Origin: an uncultured Clostridia bacterium
GTDB lineage: Bacteria > Bacillota > Clostridia > TANB77 > CAG-508
NCBI GenBank assembly: GCA_963931445.1
Contig: OZ007016.1
Span: forward strand, 1,475,279-1,539,278
DNA length: 64,000 bases
Reading direction: 5' to 3'
Positions 62,643-64,000 of the stretch are shown piece by piece (position 1 is the stretch's first letter; the number at the start of each line of letters is the position of its first letter). Below the pieces are notes generated by a model, which made no database searches, was not told the origin of the DNA, and saw only the letters and a list, made by a program, of their open reading frames with translations. A program made the translations under genes and the position numbers.

Positions 62643-63854
62643 CTACAATTCGTCATAATCACTCAAATGATTATTTACAAACTCTTCAATTTCATTATCT
62701 TTGTAGCCTTTTAAGGCATCAGACTTTAATATATCCACTATATGTTCTTTATGATAATTTAAAAATTTTTTACTCTTTTTATGTTTTGTTATTAAATTTG
62801 TTATATAATATATATGGATATATTCATCAGTTTCTTTTACAGAGACTGATTTGCCTATTAGGTATGTCGGAACGGAGTATTTTTGCCCTTTATATGTAAT
62901 CATAGATTCTTTGGATACTTTATATTCCTTTGGCGAGGTTGTGTAAGCATTCAATACTTCTTGATTCGGTAAAGGCAATAAATACTTTGTTTCTTTTTCT
63001 AATCTTTCTATTGGTTTCATATTTGTTCCTTGAGATATTTCATTATTGATTTCTTTCATGAACATTTTTACTATTTTTTCTAATTCTTCATATGTCTCGA
63101 ATTCATGATTATATACTTGAAGTCTATCAACTAGTTTTGCTAAGGACTCTACTTTCCCTTTTGTTTGTGGTCTATATATTCTACAAGTTATTGGGTTAAA
63201 TCCAATGTCTTTAGAATACTGTACAAATTTCGTATTTAATTTAACATTTCCAATTCTACTATTTGCTCTATCTACTACTGTTGCCATATTATCAAAGACA
63301 ATTTCTTTTGGTACTCCTCCAAAATATTTAAAGGCCTCATTCATACATTTAAATAGAGTTTTTTGGGTTTTATCTGATGTTAACTTTACAAATTTTGTTC
63401 GAGAATATCCTAATACCATTAGAAAAATATTTACTTCAAAAAGTTCTCCATGTTTTGAAATCATCTTTAGATTTTCCTTCCAATCCACTTGTGCTTGAAG
63501 TCCTGGGGCTGTTTCAAATCTTATTGTCGCCTTTTTTATTTGTTCCTCTTTATGTTTTTGAACAAAATCTGCAACTAACGAATATGAACCTGTATATCCA
63601 TCTTTTTGGATAAATTTAAATATTGCCATACTTGTACATCCTATTTCTAATTTAGATATTATTGTTTCTTTAAATTTATCTAATTTAGATTTTTTCAAAA
63701 TTTTTCTTTTCTTTTTAAGCTCATATCCTTCCAAATATCTCTTTACAGTTCTAGGATCACATCCCATAATTCTTGCCATTGCTGCTTTACTCATAGTTTC
63801 TTTTTCACCTCCTCTTAGAAATATATTAATTTCATTAAGTACATCTTGTCTCAT
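62643..63854 (-). CDS. istA: IS21-family transposase IstA
   Basis: N-terminal HTH and DDE integrase core. Start set at MRQDVLNEINIF behind an AGGAAAGGTGA RBS. Confidence 0.9.
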   Translation of the reverse strand: MRQDVLNEINIFLRGGEKETMSKAAMARIMGCDPRTVKRYLEGYELKKKRKILKKSKLDKFKETIISKLEIGCTSMAIFKFIQKDGYTGSYSLVADFVQKHKEEQIKKATIRFETAPGLQAQVDWKENLKMISKHGELFEVNIFLMVLGYSRTKFVKLTSDKTQKTLFKCMNEAFKYFGGVPKEIVFDNMATVVDRANSRIGNVKLNTKFVQYSKDIGFNPITCRIYRPQTKGKVESLAKLVDRLQVYNHEFETYEELEKIVKMFMKEINNEISQGTNMKPIERLEKETKYLLPLPNQEVLNAYTTSPKEYKVSKESMITYKGQKYSVPTYLIGKSVSVKETDEYIHIYYITNLITKHKKSKKFLNYHKEHIVDILKSDALKGYKDNEIEEFVNNHLSDYDEL

Positions 63855-64000
63855 AATATCACCTTTCCTTTCTATTGAGACAATTAGCATCATTTACATA
63901 TACTAATTGATGTACTTATATTTTACCAATTCTTACCTATTAAGGCAAAAGAAAAAATGTAGGTTTTCCTACATTTTTATGTTGGAAAAAAACTACATTT

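Larger units (their letters stand above)
61583..64000 (-). mobile_element. IS21-family insertion sequence (istA + istB); right end runs off the window
   Basis: Inverted multi-repeat ends: AAAATGTACTTTTTTTCCAG..AAAAATGTACGAAAATTCCAG at 61606-61650 match the reverse complement of 63950-64000. Confidence 0.85.

Noticed and set aside
1695-63613. Numerous plus-strand ORFs of 60-170 aa inside minus-strand genes (e.g. 1695-1979, 7025-7525, 33386-33700, 46584-46967, 63205-63498)
   Set aside because: They lie antisense to well-supported genes, encode low-complexity Leu/Phe/Ile-rich products typical of AT-rich antisense frames, and lack an RBS.

Overview
This window is AT-rich (roughly 25-30% GC) chromosome from a spore-forming Firmicute of clostridial type, carrying SASP, BofA and DpaA. 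It is mostly core genes on the minus strand. On the left is a division/cell-wall (dcw) cluster (mraZ-rsmH-ftsL-PBP-murE-mraY-ftsW-murG) with an MraZ operator. In the middle are rpsF-ssb-rpsR, glmS with its ribozyme, T-box-serS, engB, gltX, rnj, a complete type IV pilus locus, uppP, dpaA, ppa, a DapF-MurE fusion, ldh and the ctsR-mcsA-mcsB-clpC operon with a CtsR box. On the right is an IS21-family element (istA/istB). The most interesting accessory content is threefold. First, an island of about 5 kb between mraZ and ksgA holds a pilin-leader/FGE-sulfatase protein, a divergent M15-endolysin plus class-I Fic pair flanked by roughly 80-bp inverted repeats, a separately promoted VbhA-like antitoxin, and a sortase. 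Second, a dispersed structured repeat of about 160 bp occurs at five loci, shows compensatory stem changes, and at one locus is disrupted by the IS21 element. Third, a GC-rich perfect palindrome of about 143 bp sits between the divergent rpsF and glmS promoters. Many genes carry single-base indels, mostly in A/T homopolymers, including in the essential rpsR and hpf. These are most likely read errors rather than real pseudogenes.
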